A stretch of DNA of 13,468 nt from Candidatus Iainarchaeum sp. Its GTDB lineage: Archaea; Iainarchaeota; Iainarchaeia; Iainarchaeales; CSSED10-239. The first letter of the stretch is position 1, and each line of letters starts with the position of its first letter. The notes below the pieces were generated by a model, which was given only the letters and a program-made list of their open reading frames with translations, did no database searches and had not been told where the DNA came from. The DNA lies in the NCBI GenBank assembly GCA_003559395.1, contig PWLL01000016.1, forward strand, positions 1 through 13,468, in the 5' to 3' direction. A program made the translations under genes and the position numbers. This document shows positions 1-6,985 of this stretch, piece after piece.

Positions 1-498
1 ATCGCAGCATCAAATAATGATGCTGAAGGATATGAAAATATAACTACTCCAAAAATAGAAAATAGGCGTACTTTAACTTTAAGTAACGGTCAAGTAATTT
101 GGGATTTAGCAGGTAATGTTTGGCAATGGACTAATAATGTAATTGATCCTGATAATAAACCAACAGGATTTGATAGTGATGGAAGTGAAATTATAACTGA
201 TGGGTGGTATGATTATAGTAATGATAATAGTAATCATATACAATGGAATAATTTAGGATCACAATCTGCACTAAAATATAAAGATTTGTTTTTGTTAACA
301 AGTGGAGAATATAATGCTGAAGATAATGGTGTTGGTATGATTTATTTGAGAAAAAGTGCAACGACAGATAGAAGTTTCCTTCGGGGCGGCCGCTGGGGCA
401 GTGCCACGTACGCCGGGGTTTTGAACTTGTACCTGGACCACGCGTCGTCGTACCCGCACTCGGGCTTCGGGCTTCGTTGTTCAGTAGTTCCAGAATAA
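1..498 (+). CDS. C-terminal part of a C-type-lectin-fold / FGE-sulfatase (SUMF1-like, PF03781-type) domain protein, 5'-truncated by the window edge; candidate DGR target protein
   Basis: Frame +1 is open from nt 1; the ORF track only starts at an internal Met at 286. The translation contains DLAGNVWQWTNN (the GNVWEW-type motif of FGE-sulfatase domains) and ends with LRGGRWG...GFGLRC, the conserved C-terminal core of this fold. Stop TAA is at 496-498. Confidence 0.7.
   Translation: MAASNNDAEGYENITTPKIENRRTLTLSNGQVIWDLAGNVWQWTNNVIDPDNKPTGFDSDGSEIITDGWYDYSNDNSNHIQWNNLGSQSALKYKDLFLLTSGEYNAEDNGVGMIYLRKSATTDRSFLRGGRWGSATYAGVLNLYLDHASSYPHSGFGLRCSVVPE
376..480 (+). other. Candidate DGR variable region (VR): a GC-rich, A-depleted recoded block inside the CLec-fold CDS
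   Basis: Hand count gives 69/105 G+C and only 10 A. Of 35 codons, none ends in A and 29 end in G/C, including many NNC codons (TAC x3, CAC x2, GCC x2, GGC x4, AAC, GAC, TTC x2). Codons immediately upstream in the same ORF are A/T-ending. The block encodes exactly the RGGxW...GFxxRC tail where known DGR VRs lie. Confidence 0.45.
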
Positions 499-558
499 TA
501 TATTTAATCCCCCAACCATATATTTCACGGGTGTACGGTCTACGGTCTGCGGGGTCCC

Positions 559-594
559 AAAAAAATGGCTGGGCTTTAGGCCAGCCATTTTTTT
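559..594. terminator. Perfect 14-bp inverted repeat (AAAAAAATGGCTGG / CCAGCCATTTTTTT) with an 8-nt loop; bidirectional intrinsic-terminator-like hairpin downstream of the CLec-fold gene
   Basis: 559-572 is the exact reverse complement of 581-594. A T7 run follows the stem on the + strand, and because of the A7 run the same holds on the - strand. The hairpin lies 60 nt after the stop codon. Confidence 0.5.
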
Positions 595-808
595 AATTTT
601 TGCATCTTTCATAAAGCATGTTTAAAAAAAAGAAAGCACCCGCTATAAAAAATTTATAAAACCTTATAAAAAATAAAACCATCTTATTTTTCTAAAAACA
701 TCTAAACAACACAATTTTTTAAAAATTAACAATTATAATAGTATTAAAAATATTTTCTATTCTATATATATTAGATACTAAAATATATTTGAAAGGAAAG
801 AAGATAAA

Positions 809-1612
809 ATGAGATCTAAAAAATATTTGTGGACTTTTGTGTTGTTGTTTTTATTTGTTTTTTTGAATAGTGTTTATGCGTTTAATATAGATAGCTTTGA
901 TATAACAGTAAACGTAGAACAAGACAAATACGCAGCAATAACAGAAAGATGGTTTGTTTCTTTTGAAACAGAACAAACAAAAATAAATTTTAAAAACAGT
1001 ATTCTTGAAGCCAACATAAACCCAAACATGCTAGAAAGAATAGACTCTAAACTAAAACCAAAAATATTTATTAACGACTACTCAAACCTAAAAGTTGGAT
1101 TTGATGAAATAAATAATTTTGTAAGACTAGAATATGTTATCACAGACGTTGTGTTAATAAAATATCTAGATTATGATAATGAAATTATTTGGAGATTTAA
1201 TGATAATCTTTTTAGATATTTTGTAGAAAATAATCTTTATAATATTCCATCATCTTCGTTTCTTAGGATTTATTTACAAGAACCTTTGATGGTTGGAGAA
1301 ACTGCACCAAGAGCAGAAAAACAAAACAACACGATTTATTGGACAGGCATAAGTTCAAACGAACTTAGACTTATAGTCATAGAAAAAAAACCACCAAAAC
1401 CAACTTTTGTTATCGCAGATTTTTTTGAAGATCTTTATTTAACTAAAAATTTCATGTATTTTGTGTTTGGTTTGTTAGCGATTATTGTTTTGTTATTAAT
1501 ATTTAAACAAAAAGTTTCAAAAAATATAAAAAAATTTGTGATCAAAAACTCAAAAATAAAATCTTCTAAAAACAGAAAAGAAATTATTGATTTTGATGAG
1601 TTTAATAAATAG
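809..1612 (+). CDS. Predicted secreted, C-terminally membrane-anchored protein of unknown function
   Basis: The N-terminus MRSKKYLWTFVLLFLFVFLNSVYA looks like a signal peptide. A hydrophobic helix (FMYFVFGLLAIIVLLLIF) lies near the C-terminus and is followed by a Lys-rich tail. The start of the mature part (FNIDSFDITVNVEQD...ITERWFVSF) is faintly reminiscent of DUF2207-type membrane proteins; this is unverified. Confidence 0.65.
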   Translation: MRSKKYLWTFVLLFLFVFLNSVYAFNIDSFDITVNVEQDKYAAITERWFVSFETEQTKINFKNSILEANINPNMLERIDSKLKPKIFINDYSNLKVGFDEINNFVRLEYVITDVVLIKYLDYDNEIIWRFNDNLFRYFVENNLYNIPSSSFLRIYLQEPLMVGETAPRAEKQNNTIYWTGISSNELRLIVIEKKPPKPTFVIADFFEDLYLTKNFMYFVFGLLAIIVLLLIFKQKVSKNIKKFVIKNSKIKSSKNRKEIIDFDEFNK

Positions 1613-1621
1613 TGACTATTT

Positions 1622-3106
1622 ATGGTGTTAAAATTTACTGATAACGATATTAAAGTTTATGAATATATTAAACAAAAAAAACAAACAAGCTTTGAAGAAA
1701 TTATAAAAGCACTAAACATAAATGAAGACTCAATAAGAAGGACTTTAGAAAACCTAAAAGCCTTGTTGATAATTTCTGAAAAAAAACAACAAAAAAAACA
1801 ATATCTTCTAGATAAAAATGCAAAAAAAGCGCTTGAAAAAGGATTTATTGAAGAAATATTTTGTGATTTTTGTAAAAATAAAGAAGTATTTGTTTCTGAT
1901 ATAAAAAATCTAAATCTTGAAAATTTTGATGATCAAGAAATATCCCTAGCTTTTGGACTTGCAAAAAAACAAGATTTAATTTCTGTTGAACAAGGAAAGA
2001 TTGTTGTTGATGATAAATATAAATCAAAAATAAATACGAAAAAAGAAACTCTTAAAAAAATATCTGAAAAAAAACCAGTAGATGAAAAAACAATTGCAGA
2101 ACTTTTAAAAAGAAAAAACTTTTTAATAGAAACACAAGATACACAAAAAACCTATTTTTTTGAAAAAATAATCAACTATGAAAGTATCTCAAACAAAATA
2201 AACGAAATGACTCCAGAACTTCTAAAAACAAACGATATTCTTGAAAAAGAGTTTAAAGAATATGATGTGGAAACGCTTCCTAAACCAGCAATTCCTGGAA
2301 GAATACATCCTTTAAGACAAATCATCTATTATCTAAGAGATGTTTTTTTACAAATGGGTTTTTCAGAAATGAAAGGACCATATGTTGAGACTAGTTTTTG
2401 GAATATGGACTCTATGTTTATCTCTCAAGACCATCCTGCAAGAGATATTCAAGATACTTTTTATCTTAGTGAGAAAGGAGTGTTACCAAATGATGAAGAA
2501 CTTCTAGAAACAATAGCACAGCTTCATCTATCAGGTCATGACACAGGCTCAAAAGGCTATGGCTACGTTTGGGATGCCGAAAAAGCAAGGCAACTGGTGT
2601 TAAGAACACACACGACTGCTACCAGCTATAGGACCTTTTATAAACTTAATTTTAAAGAAGCTCAAAAGTTCTTTAGTATTGATAAAGTTTTTAGAAACGA
2701 AACCATGGACGCAACTCATTTGCCAGAGTTTTATCAAGCAGAAGGTTTTGTTATTGGAAATGATCTATCTTTAGCAGATCTTATTGGTTTTATAAAAGAA
2801 TATCTTAGTCATTTAGGAATAGATAAAATAAAAATAAAACCAAACTACAATCCATATACAGAACCAAGTATAGAAGTCTTTGCATATTCAGAAAAACAAA
2901 AAAAGTGGTTAGAAATAATAAACGCAGGAGTTTTTAGACCAGAATCTTTAAGACCCTATAATATTAAACAAAATGTTATTGCTTGGGGTTTTGGTGTAGA
3001 AAGAATAGCAATGTTGATTTATGAAAAAACAATCAAGGAAATAAACGGAGATGAATGTGATCTTAATTGGTTAAGATTATATCCAATACCAAAAAGAACT
3101 TTGTAA
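1622..3106 (+). CDS. pheS: Phenylalanine--tRNA ligase alpha subunit, archaeal/eukaryal type
   Basis: The protein is 494 aa with an N-terminal winged-helix-like extension. It has class II aaRS core motifs: GRIHPLRQ, FRNE (motif 2 region, KVFRNETMDATHLPEFYQAEG) and GFGVERIAML (motif 3). It sits directly upstream of pheT with a 13-nt gap. Confidence 0.95.
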   Translation: MVLKFTDNDIKVYEYIKQKKQTSFEEIIKALNINEDSIRRTLENLKALLIISEKKQQKKQYLLDKNAKKALEKGFIEEIFCDFCKNKEVFVSDIKNLNLENFDDQEISLAFGLAKKQDLISVEQGKIVVDDKYKSKINTKKETLKKISEKKPVDEKTIAELLKRKNFLIETQDTQKTYFFEKIINYESISNKINEMTPELLKTNDILEKEFKEYDVETLPKPAIPGRIHPLRQIIYYLRDVFLQMGFSEMKGPYVETSFWNMDSMFISQDHPARDIQDTFYLSEKGVLPNDEELLETIAQLHLSGHDTGSKGYGYVWDAEKARQLVLRTHTTATSYRTFYKLNFKEAQKFFSIDKVFRNETMDATHLPEFYQAEGFVIGNDLSLADLIGFIKEYLSHLGIDKIKIKPNYNPYTEPSIEVFAYSEKQKKWLEIINAGVFRPESLRPYNIKQNVIAWGFGVERIAMLIYEKTIKEINGDECDLNWLRLYPIPKRTL

Positions 3107-3119
3107 ATTATGATTATTT

Positions 3120-4847
3120 ATGGCAATTTTAGAGATTGATATTAATGTTATTAAAAAAGAAATATCTGAAGATCTTTCCTATGAAAAACTAGAAAAACTT
3201 TTGTTTGATTTTGGTTTAGAGATAGAAGGTTATGAAAAAGAGATCCTAAAAATAGATGTTACTACAGATAGACCAGATCTTCTATCAGAAAGAGGTTTTT
3301 TAAGAGCCTTAAAGGCATATTGTGAAAAACCAGTCAAAACTTATTCTGTAAAAAAATCAGACTATAATGTTGTTGTAGATGAAAGTGTTGCAGATGTTAG
3401 ACCCTATACAGTTTGTGCAGTTGTTAAAAATCTTTGTTTAGATGATAAGAAAATAAAAGAAATTATTTGGATACAAGAAAAACTACATCAAACGCTTGGA
3501 AGAAAAAGAAAAGAAGGGGCTATTGGGATTTATCCTTTAGATAAAATTAAGTTTCCTATTGTTTATAAAGCACAAGAAAGAATAGATATTTCTTTTGCAC
3601 CACTTGGGTTTAATGAAAAAATGAGTGTTGAAGATATTTTAAAAAAAACAACAGCCGGCAAAGAATATGCTTTTCTTTTAAAAGATAAAGAAAAATGTTC
3701 TTTGTTTATAGATAGTAACAATAACATCTTGTCTATGCCACCAATAATAAACTCACAAAAGATAGGTGAAATAACAGAAACAACAAAAGAAGTTTTTATT
3801 GAATGTTCTGGACATAATCTTAAAAGACTTAATTATTTGTTAAATATTCTAGTTTGTGCTTTTGCTGATCTTGGAGGAGAACTTTATTCTGTAAAAATAA
3901 GCTATCCAGAAAAAAAACTAACCCCTCCAAACAAAGCCACACTTGCTAGATCTATTCCTTGTCTAGCTCAAGAAAAGTTTTTTATTGACTATAATCTTGT
4001 TACTCCTGATCTTTTAGAAGAAGTTTTTGTTGTTTCTTTAGAGAGTATTAATAAGTTGTTAGGAACCAATATTAATCAAAAAGAAGCAATCGGATATCTA
4101 GAAAGAATGTTGTATAAAGTTAAGAAAAAAGGAAAAGATAAGCTGGAAGTATATGTGCCTGCATATAGAACAGATGTTTTACATGAAGTAGATGTTGCAG
4201 ACGATATCGCAAGAGCTTATGGTTTTTCAAATATCCAAGAAAGATTTCCACAAATATCTACTATTGGTTTATTAAAAGAAATAACACATACTCAAGATAA
4301 CCTTATATCGACTATGACCTCCTTAGGCTTTCAAGAAGTTATGTTGTTAACCACTTCTTCAAAAAAAGAAATGTATGATGCGTTTGGAGTATCTACAAAA
4401 GATGCAGTAGAAATAAACTATTCAAAAGACAAAACGATTGACGTTGTTGTTTCTTGGTTAACTCCAAAGATGTTAAAGTTTTTAACTAACAACCAACATA
4501 TGTTTTTTCCACAAAAAATCTTTGCTTGTGATTTTGTTGTAAAAAAAGATAAAGATAAAGACGTGCTTTCAAGAACAAAACTTGCATTAGCAGGAATGAT
4601 AGCAAACCCTAAAGTTAGTTTTTCTGAAATTTCTTCTGTTCTTTTGGGGTTGTGTAATAGTCTTGGTTGGAGATTAAGTTTAGAAGAAAAAGAATTTCCG
4701 TTCTATATAAAAAGCAGATCTGCAAAGATAATGATTAATGAAAAAGAAGTTGGGCATGTTGGAGAGTTAGCACCAAAAGTCTTAAAGTCTTTTGAATATT
4801 ATATGCCTGTTTGTTGTTTTGAAATAGATGTGGAAGAAATAAAATAA
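3120..4847 (+). CDS. pheT: Phenylalanine--tRNA ligase beta subunit, archaeal type
   Basis: The protein is 575 aa. The N-terminal DVTTDRPDLLSERGFLRALKAY is typical of archaeal PheT (B3/4 region), and the central YVPAYRTDVLHEVDVADDIARAYGF is the B5-domain signature. It is adjacent to pheS. Confidence 0.93.
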   Translation: MAILEIDINVIKKEISEDLSYEKLEKLLFDFGLEIEGYEKEILKIDVTTDRPDLLSERGFLRALKAYCEKPVKTYSVKKSDYNVVVDESVADVRPYTVCAVVKNLCLDDKKIKEIIWIQEKLHQTLGRKRKEGAIGIYPLDKIKFPIVYKAQERIDISFAPLGFNEKMSVEDILKKTTAGKEYAFLLKDKEKCSLFIDSNNNILSMPPIINSQKIGEITETTKEVFIECSGHNLKRLNYLLNILVCAFADLGGELYSVKISYPEKKLTPPNKATLARSIPCLAQEKFFIDYNLVTPDLLEEVFVVSLESINKLLGTNINQKEAIGYLERMLYKVKKKGKDKLEVYVPAYRTDVLHEVDVADDIARAYGFSNIQERFPQISTIGLLKEITHTQDNLISTMTSLGFQEVMLLTTSSKKEMYDAFGVSTKDAVEINYSKDKTIDVVVSWLTPKMLKFLTNNQHMFFPQKIFACDFVVKKDKDKDVLSRTKLALAGMIANPKVSFSEISSVLLGLCNSLGWRLSLEEKEFPFYIKSRSAKIMINEKEVGHVGELAPKVLKSFEYYMPVCCFEIDVEEIK

Positions 4848-4856
4848 TTGTTTAGT

Positions 4857-4881
4857 AGAAAGAAAAATATTATTTCTTTCT
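4857..4881. terminator. Hairpin between convergent pheT and aIF5A genes (AGAAAGAAA / TTTCTTTCT, 7-nt loop)
   Basis: 4857-4865 is the reverse complement of 4873-4881. The hairpin sits in the 22-nt convergent gap and overlaps the aIF5A stop codon. The stem is A/T-rich, so support is weak. Confidence 0.3.
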
Positions 4882-5262
4882 GACTATTTTTATTAAACTT
4901 CCTGCTTTAATATATTCTATTTCTGAACCAGCTTCAAGGTTTTTAAAATCTTCTTTTGCTATGTCGTATGTTTGATAGTCTTCTGTATCCATAATCTGAT
5001 ATTTATCTCCAAGATCAGCAATCACTTGTGCGTTTCCTTTATCTAAAATTGGGACTTCTACATTTGTGACTGTTGGTTTTAGAAGATTCTTTTTTTGATT
5101 ATTAAAAACACCAGTTGCTGTAACTCTCATCTTTGCAGAACCATGTTTTCCTGGTTTTGATTTTGTCATAGAATCTATTCTACAAACTACATCATCAATA
5201 ATGATATATTGTTTTTCTTTAAGTTGTCCAAGCTGTGCAAACTTTTTGTCATATCCGCTCAT
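4870..5262 (-). CDS. eif5a: Translation initiation factor 5A (aIF5A)
   Basis: The protein is 130 aa. It contains TKSKPGKHGSAKMRV, the hypusine/deoxyhypusine loop motif (KPGKHG-x-AK), and has the typical length and domain order of archaeal IF5A. Confidence 0.95.
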   Translation of the reverse strand: MSGYDKKFAQLGQLKEKQYIIIDDVVCRIDSMTKSKPGKHGSAKMRVTATGVFNNQKKNLLKPTVTNVEVPILDKGNAQVIADLGDKYQIMDTEDYQTYDIAKEDFKNLEAGSEIEYIKAGSLIKIVRKK

Positions 5263-5511
5263 GTTAATTCCTCATTTTTATTATTTTTTTGTAAATTTTC
5301 TAAAAAAAAGACTTGTTTTACAAATATACTATAATAAATATGTTTTTAAATATGTTTTGTTTAATATATATTATAGAAGAAACAATTAATTATAGATTTT
5401 ACTAATGATTTCGCTGTAGAAATCAACTCAATACAGAGAATAAACAGATATACGGTTTATATAAGATCGTATTTTATCTAATCTGTATATATGGAGTCAA
5501 TAGCAAATAGA

Positions 5512-5517
5512 AGGTGA
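5512..5517 (+). promoter_or_regulatory. Shine-Dalgarno-like site AGGTGA, 4 nt upstream of the ATG at 5522
   Basis: The site is complementary to the conserved archaeal 16S 3' end (..GAUCACCUCC). Similar sites precede the downstream genes: AGGTG at 6511-6515, GTGAT at 6976-6980 and GTGAT at 7797-7801. Confidence 0.5.
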
Positions 5518-5521
5518 ATAG

Positions 5522-5986
5522 ATGTTTAAGATATCAGATTTGTTTTTTGATAAAAATAAATCAGCAAAACTATCAAGAAGAAATAATATTGCAGTTTTTA
5601 TAGATGGCCCAAATATCCTACGAAAAGAATTTAATATTGATCTATCAAAAGTAAAAAATCAATTGTTAGAAGAAGGAGCCATAAAGATTGCAAGAGTTTT
5701 TCTTGATCAATATGCAACTGATAAATTAATTGAAGCAGTAGTAAATTTAGGATTTGAAACTAAAATTACTGTTGGTGATGTTGATGTATCAATGGCAGTA
5801 GATGCAACAGAAGTATCATTTAATAAAGAAATTGATATTGTTGCGTTTGTTACAAGAGACTCAGATTATCTACCAGCAATACTTAAAGCAAAACAACAAG
5901 GGAAAAAAACAATTGTTTTTCTTAAAGATGAAGGAAGTGCAATTGCTTTAAAAAACACAGTAGATAAAGTTGTGTTTATAAAATGA
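5522..5986 (+). CDS. NYN / LabA-like (PIN-related) nuclease domain protein
   Basis: IAVFIDGPNI at the N-terminus, GDVDVSMAVDA, and FVTRDSDYLPAILKAKQQGKKTIVF match the three acidic-residue blocks of the NYN/LabA (PF01936-type) domain. The protein is 154 aa. Confidence 0.75.
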   Translation: MFKISDLFFDKNKSAKLSRRNNIAVFIDGPNILRKEFNIDLSKVKNQLLEEGAIKIARVFLDQYATDKLIEAVVNLGFETKITVGDVDVSMAVDATEVSFNKEIDIVAFVTRDSDYLPAILKAKQQGKKTIVFLKDEGSAIALKNTVDKVVFIK

Positions 5987-5992
5987 TGATAT

Positions 5993-6511
5993 ATGAATTT
6001 GCCTGTTAATGATCCTATAGTAAAAAATGTTGATTTGGATAAAGTTGTACCTCACAAGTTATTTTTTGATCTTAATCAAAAGAAGTTTGACGGATACATA
6101 CAATTAACAGTGGATGGAAAATATGGTTTTGAAGAATCGTTTGTTATTTTTGAAAAAGGAAACATTGCAGGCCACATATATTTGATAGAAGGATATGATA
6201 TAGAACTTTATGGAAAAGAAGCCTTTGATCTTTGCATTAATTCTTTTGGTGCAGAGCTGGGTATCTTTAATATTTATAATTTAAAAGAAGACCAAATAAA
6301 ATTAGTTTTAATATTTAATGATAAAATAAAATATGAAAAAAATATAGTTGCAGAAAAAAAAGCTAATAAAAATAAAAAATATTTTCTGAACAATATAAAA
6401 TATGATCAACAAAAAATAGATGAATTACTAAAAGATAAAATAAAAACAGAACCTTCTCAAAAAGAACTACTAGACGAAAGAGGACTAGATGAGCTTTTTG
6501 AAAAGTTTTAA
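5993..6511 (+). CDS. Hypothetical protein; N-terminal roughly 110 aa possibly a PATAN/DUF4388- or DUF2226-like regulatory domain, with a Lys-rich C-terminus
   Basis: The ORF is compact, with a 6-nt gap to the upstream gene and 10 nt to the downstream one. The pattern FDGYIQLTV...FVIFEKGNIAGHIY...LYGKEAFDL...IFNIYNL resembles, from memory only, the F-x-G-Y...G-x-I...G-x-x-A pattern of domains that accompany Roadblock/NTPase modules. Confidence 0.55.
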   Translation: MNLPVNDPIVKNVDLDKVVPHKLFFDLNQKKFDGYIQLTVDGKYGFEESFVIFEKGNIAGHIYLIEGYDIELYGKEAFDLCINSFGAELGIFNIYNLKEDQIKLVLIFNDKIKYEKNIVAEKKANKNKKYFLNNIKYDQQKIDELLKDKIKTEPSQKELLDERGLDELFEKF

Positions 6512-6521
6512 GGTGTTTTAA

Positions 6522-6968
6522 ATGTTTAAAAAAACAATGACAAAGATATTAACTAAACTTTCAACAAAAATATTAAATGTTGATGAAGAAACCTACGCTA
6601 GAGAACTTTCATCTATGATGACCTTTAAAGAAATTGATTTGTCCTCCAAAGATATAGATGATTTTTTAAATAAATTAAAGGACAAACATGTAATAAATGA
6701 TATAATTGTTACAGATGTTAATGGTATTGTCATAGGTAGCACAAACAAAAACCTAAAGGAAGGTTTTAAAAGTGCTGCAATGTATAATTATATAAACACA
6801 GAAATAGACAATTTATCAATAATCCTAATAGAAGCAAAAGGATGGCAAATAATCTTTAAATATAAACAAAAAGTATATTTTTTAAAAGCAAACGATTCTT
6901 TATCAAAAATAGAAGTGTTGGCAATAGTTTCAGAAATTGAAAATTTTTTAAAATATATGATGGAATAA
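6522..6968 (+). CDS. Roadblock/LC7 (MglB-like) fold protein, putative
   Basis: LNKLKDKHVINDIIVTDVNGIVIGST...FKSAAMYNYINTEI...IILIEAKGWQIIFKYKQKVYFLKAN...EVLAIVSEIENFL follows the alpha-beta-beta-alpha-beta-beta-beta-alpha pattern and the DG-x-hydrophobic signature of Roadblock/LC7 proteins. An AGGTG RBS lies at 6511-6515. Confidence 0.5.
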   Translation: MFKKTMTKILTKLSTKILNVDEETYARELSSMMTFKEIDLSSKDIDDFLNKLKDKHVINDIIVTDVNGIVIGSTNKNLKEGFKSAAMYNYINTEIDNLSIILIEAKGWQIIFKYKQKVYFLKANDSLSKIEVLAIVSEIENFLKYMME

Positions 6969-6985
6969 AAATAATGTGATTAAAA

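Noticed and set aside
286-498. The ORF-track call of a 70-aa protein starting at Met 286
   Set aside because: The same frame is open back to nt 1, and the upstream translation (..GNVWQWTNN..) belongs to the same CLec/FGE-type domain. The gene is therefore truncated by the window edge rather than starting at 286.
481-588. A 35-aa minus-strand ORF (MAGLKPSHFFGTPQTVDRTPVKYMVGGLNILFWNY) inside the GC-elevated tail
   Set aside because: Its start codon lies inside the 14-bp hairpin stem, it has no RBS, it overlaps the 3' end of the CLec-fold CDS, and it has no recognisable features. It is most likely a by-product of locally low stop-codon frequency in GC-rich DNA.
376-590. The GC-rich island as an embedded RNA gene (tRNA or rRNA fragment) or an inserted mobile element
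   Set aside because: Nt 376-480 stay in frame and encode the expected conserved end of the protein domain (RGGxW...GFxxRC). No cloverleaf, terminal inverted repeats or target-site duplications could be found. A chimeric assembly join cannot be excluded without reads.
1845-2027. A 60-aa minus-strand ORF inside pheS
   Set aside because: It is an antisense shadow ORF fully inside a confidently identified CDS, with low-complexity Gln/Leu/Phe-rich translation.
5201-5389. A 62-aa plus-strand ORF overlapping the aIF5A start and promoter region
   Set aside because: It overlaps the 5' end of aIF5A antisense and runs into AT-rich intergenic DNA. The translation is Tyr/Phe/Asn low complexity and there is no RBS.
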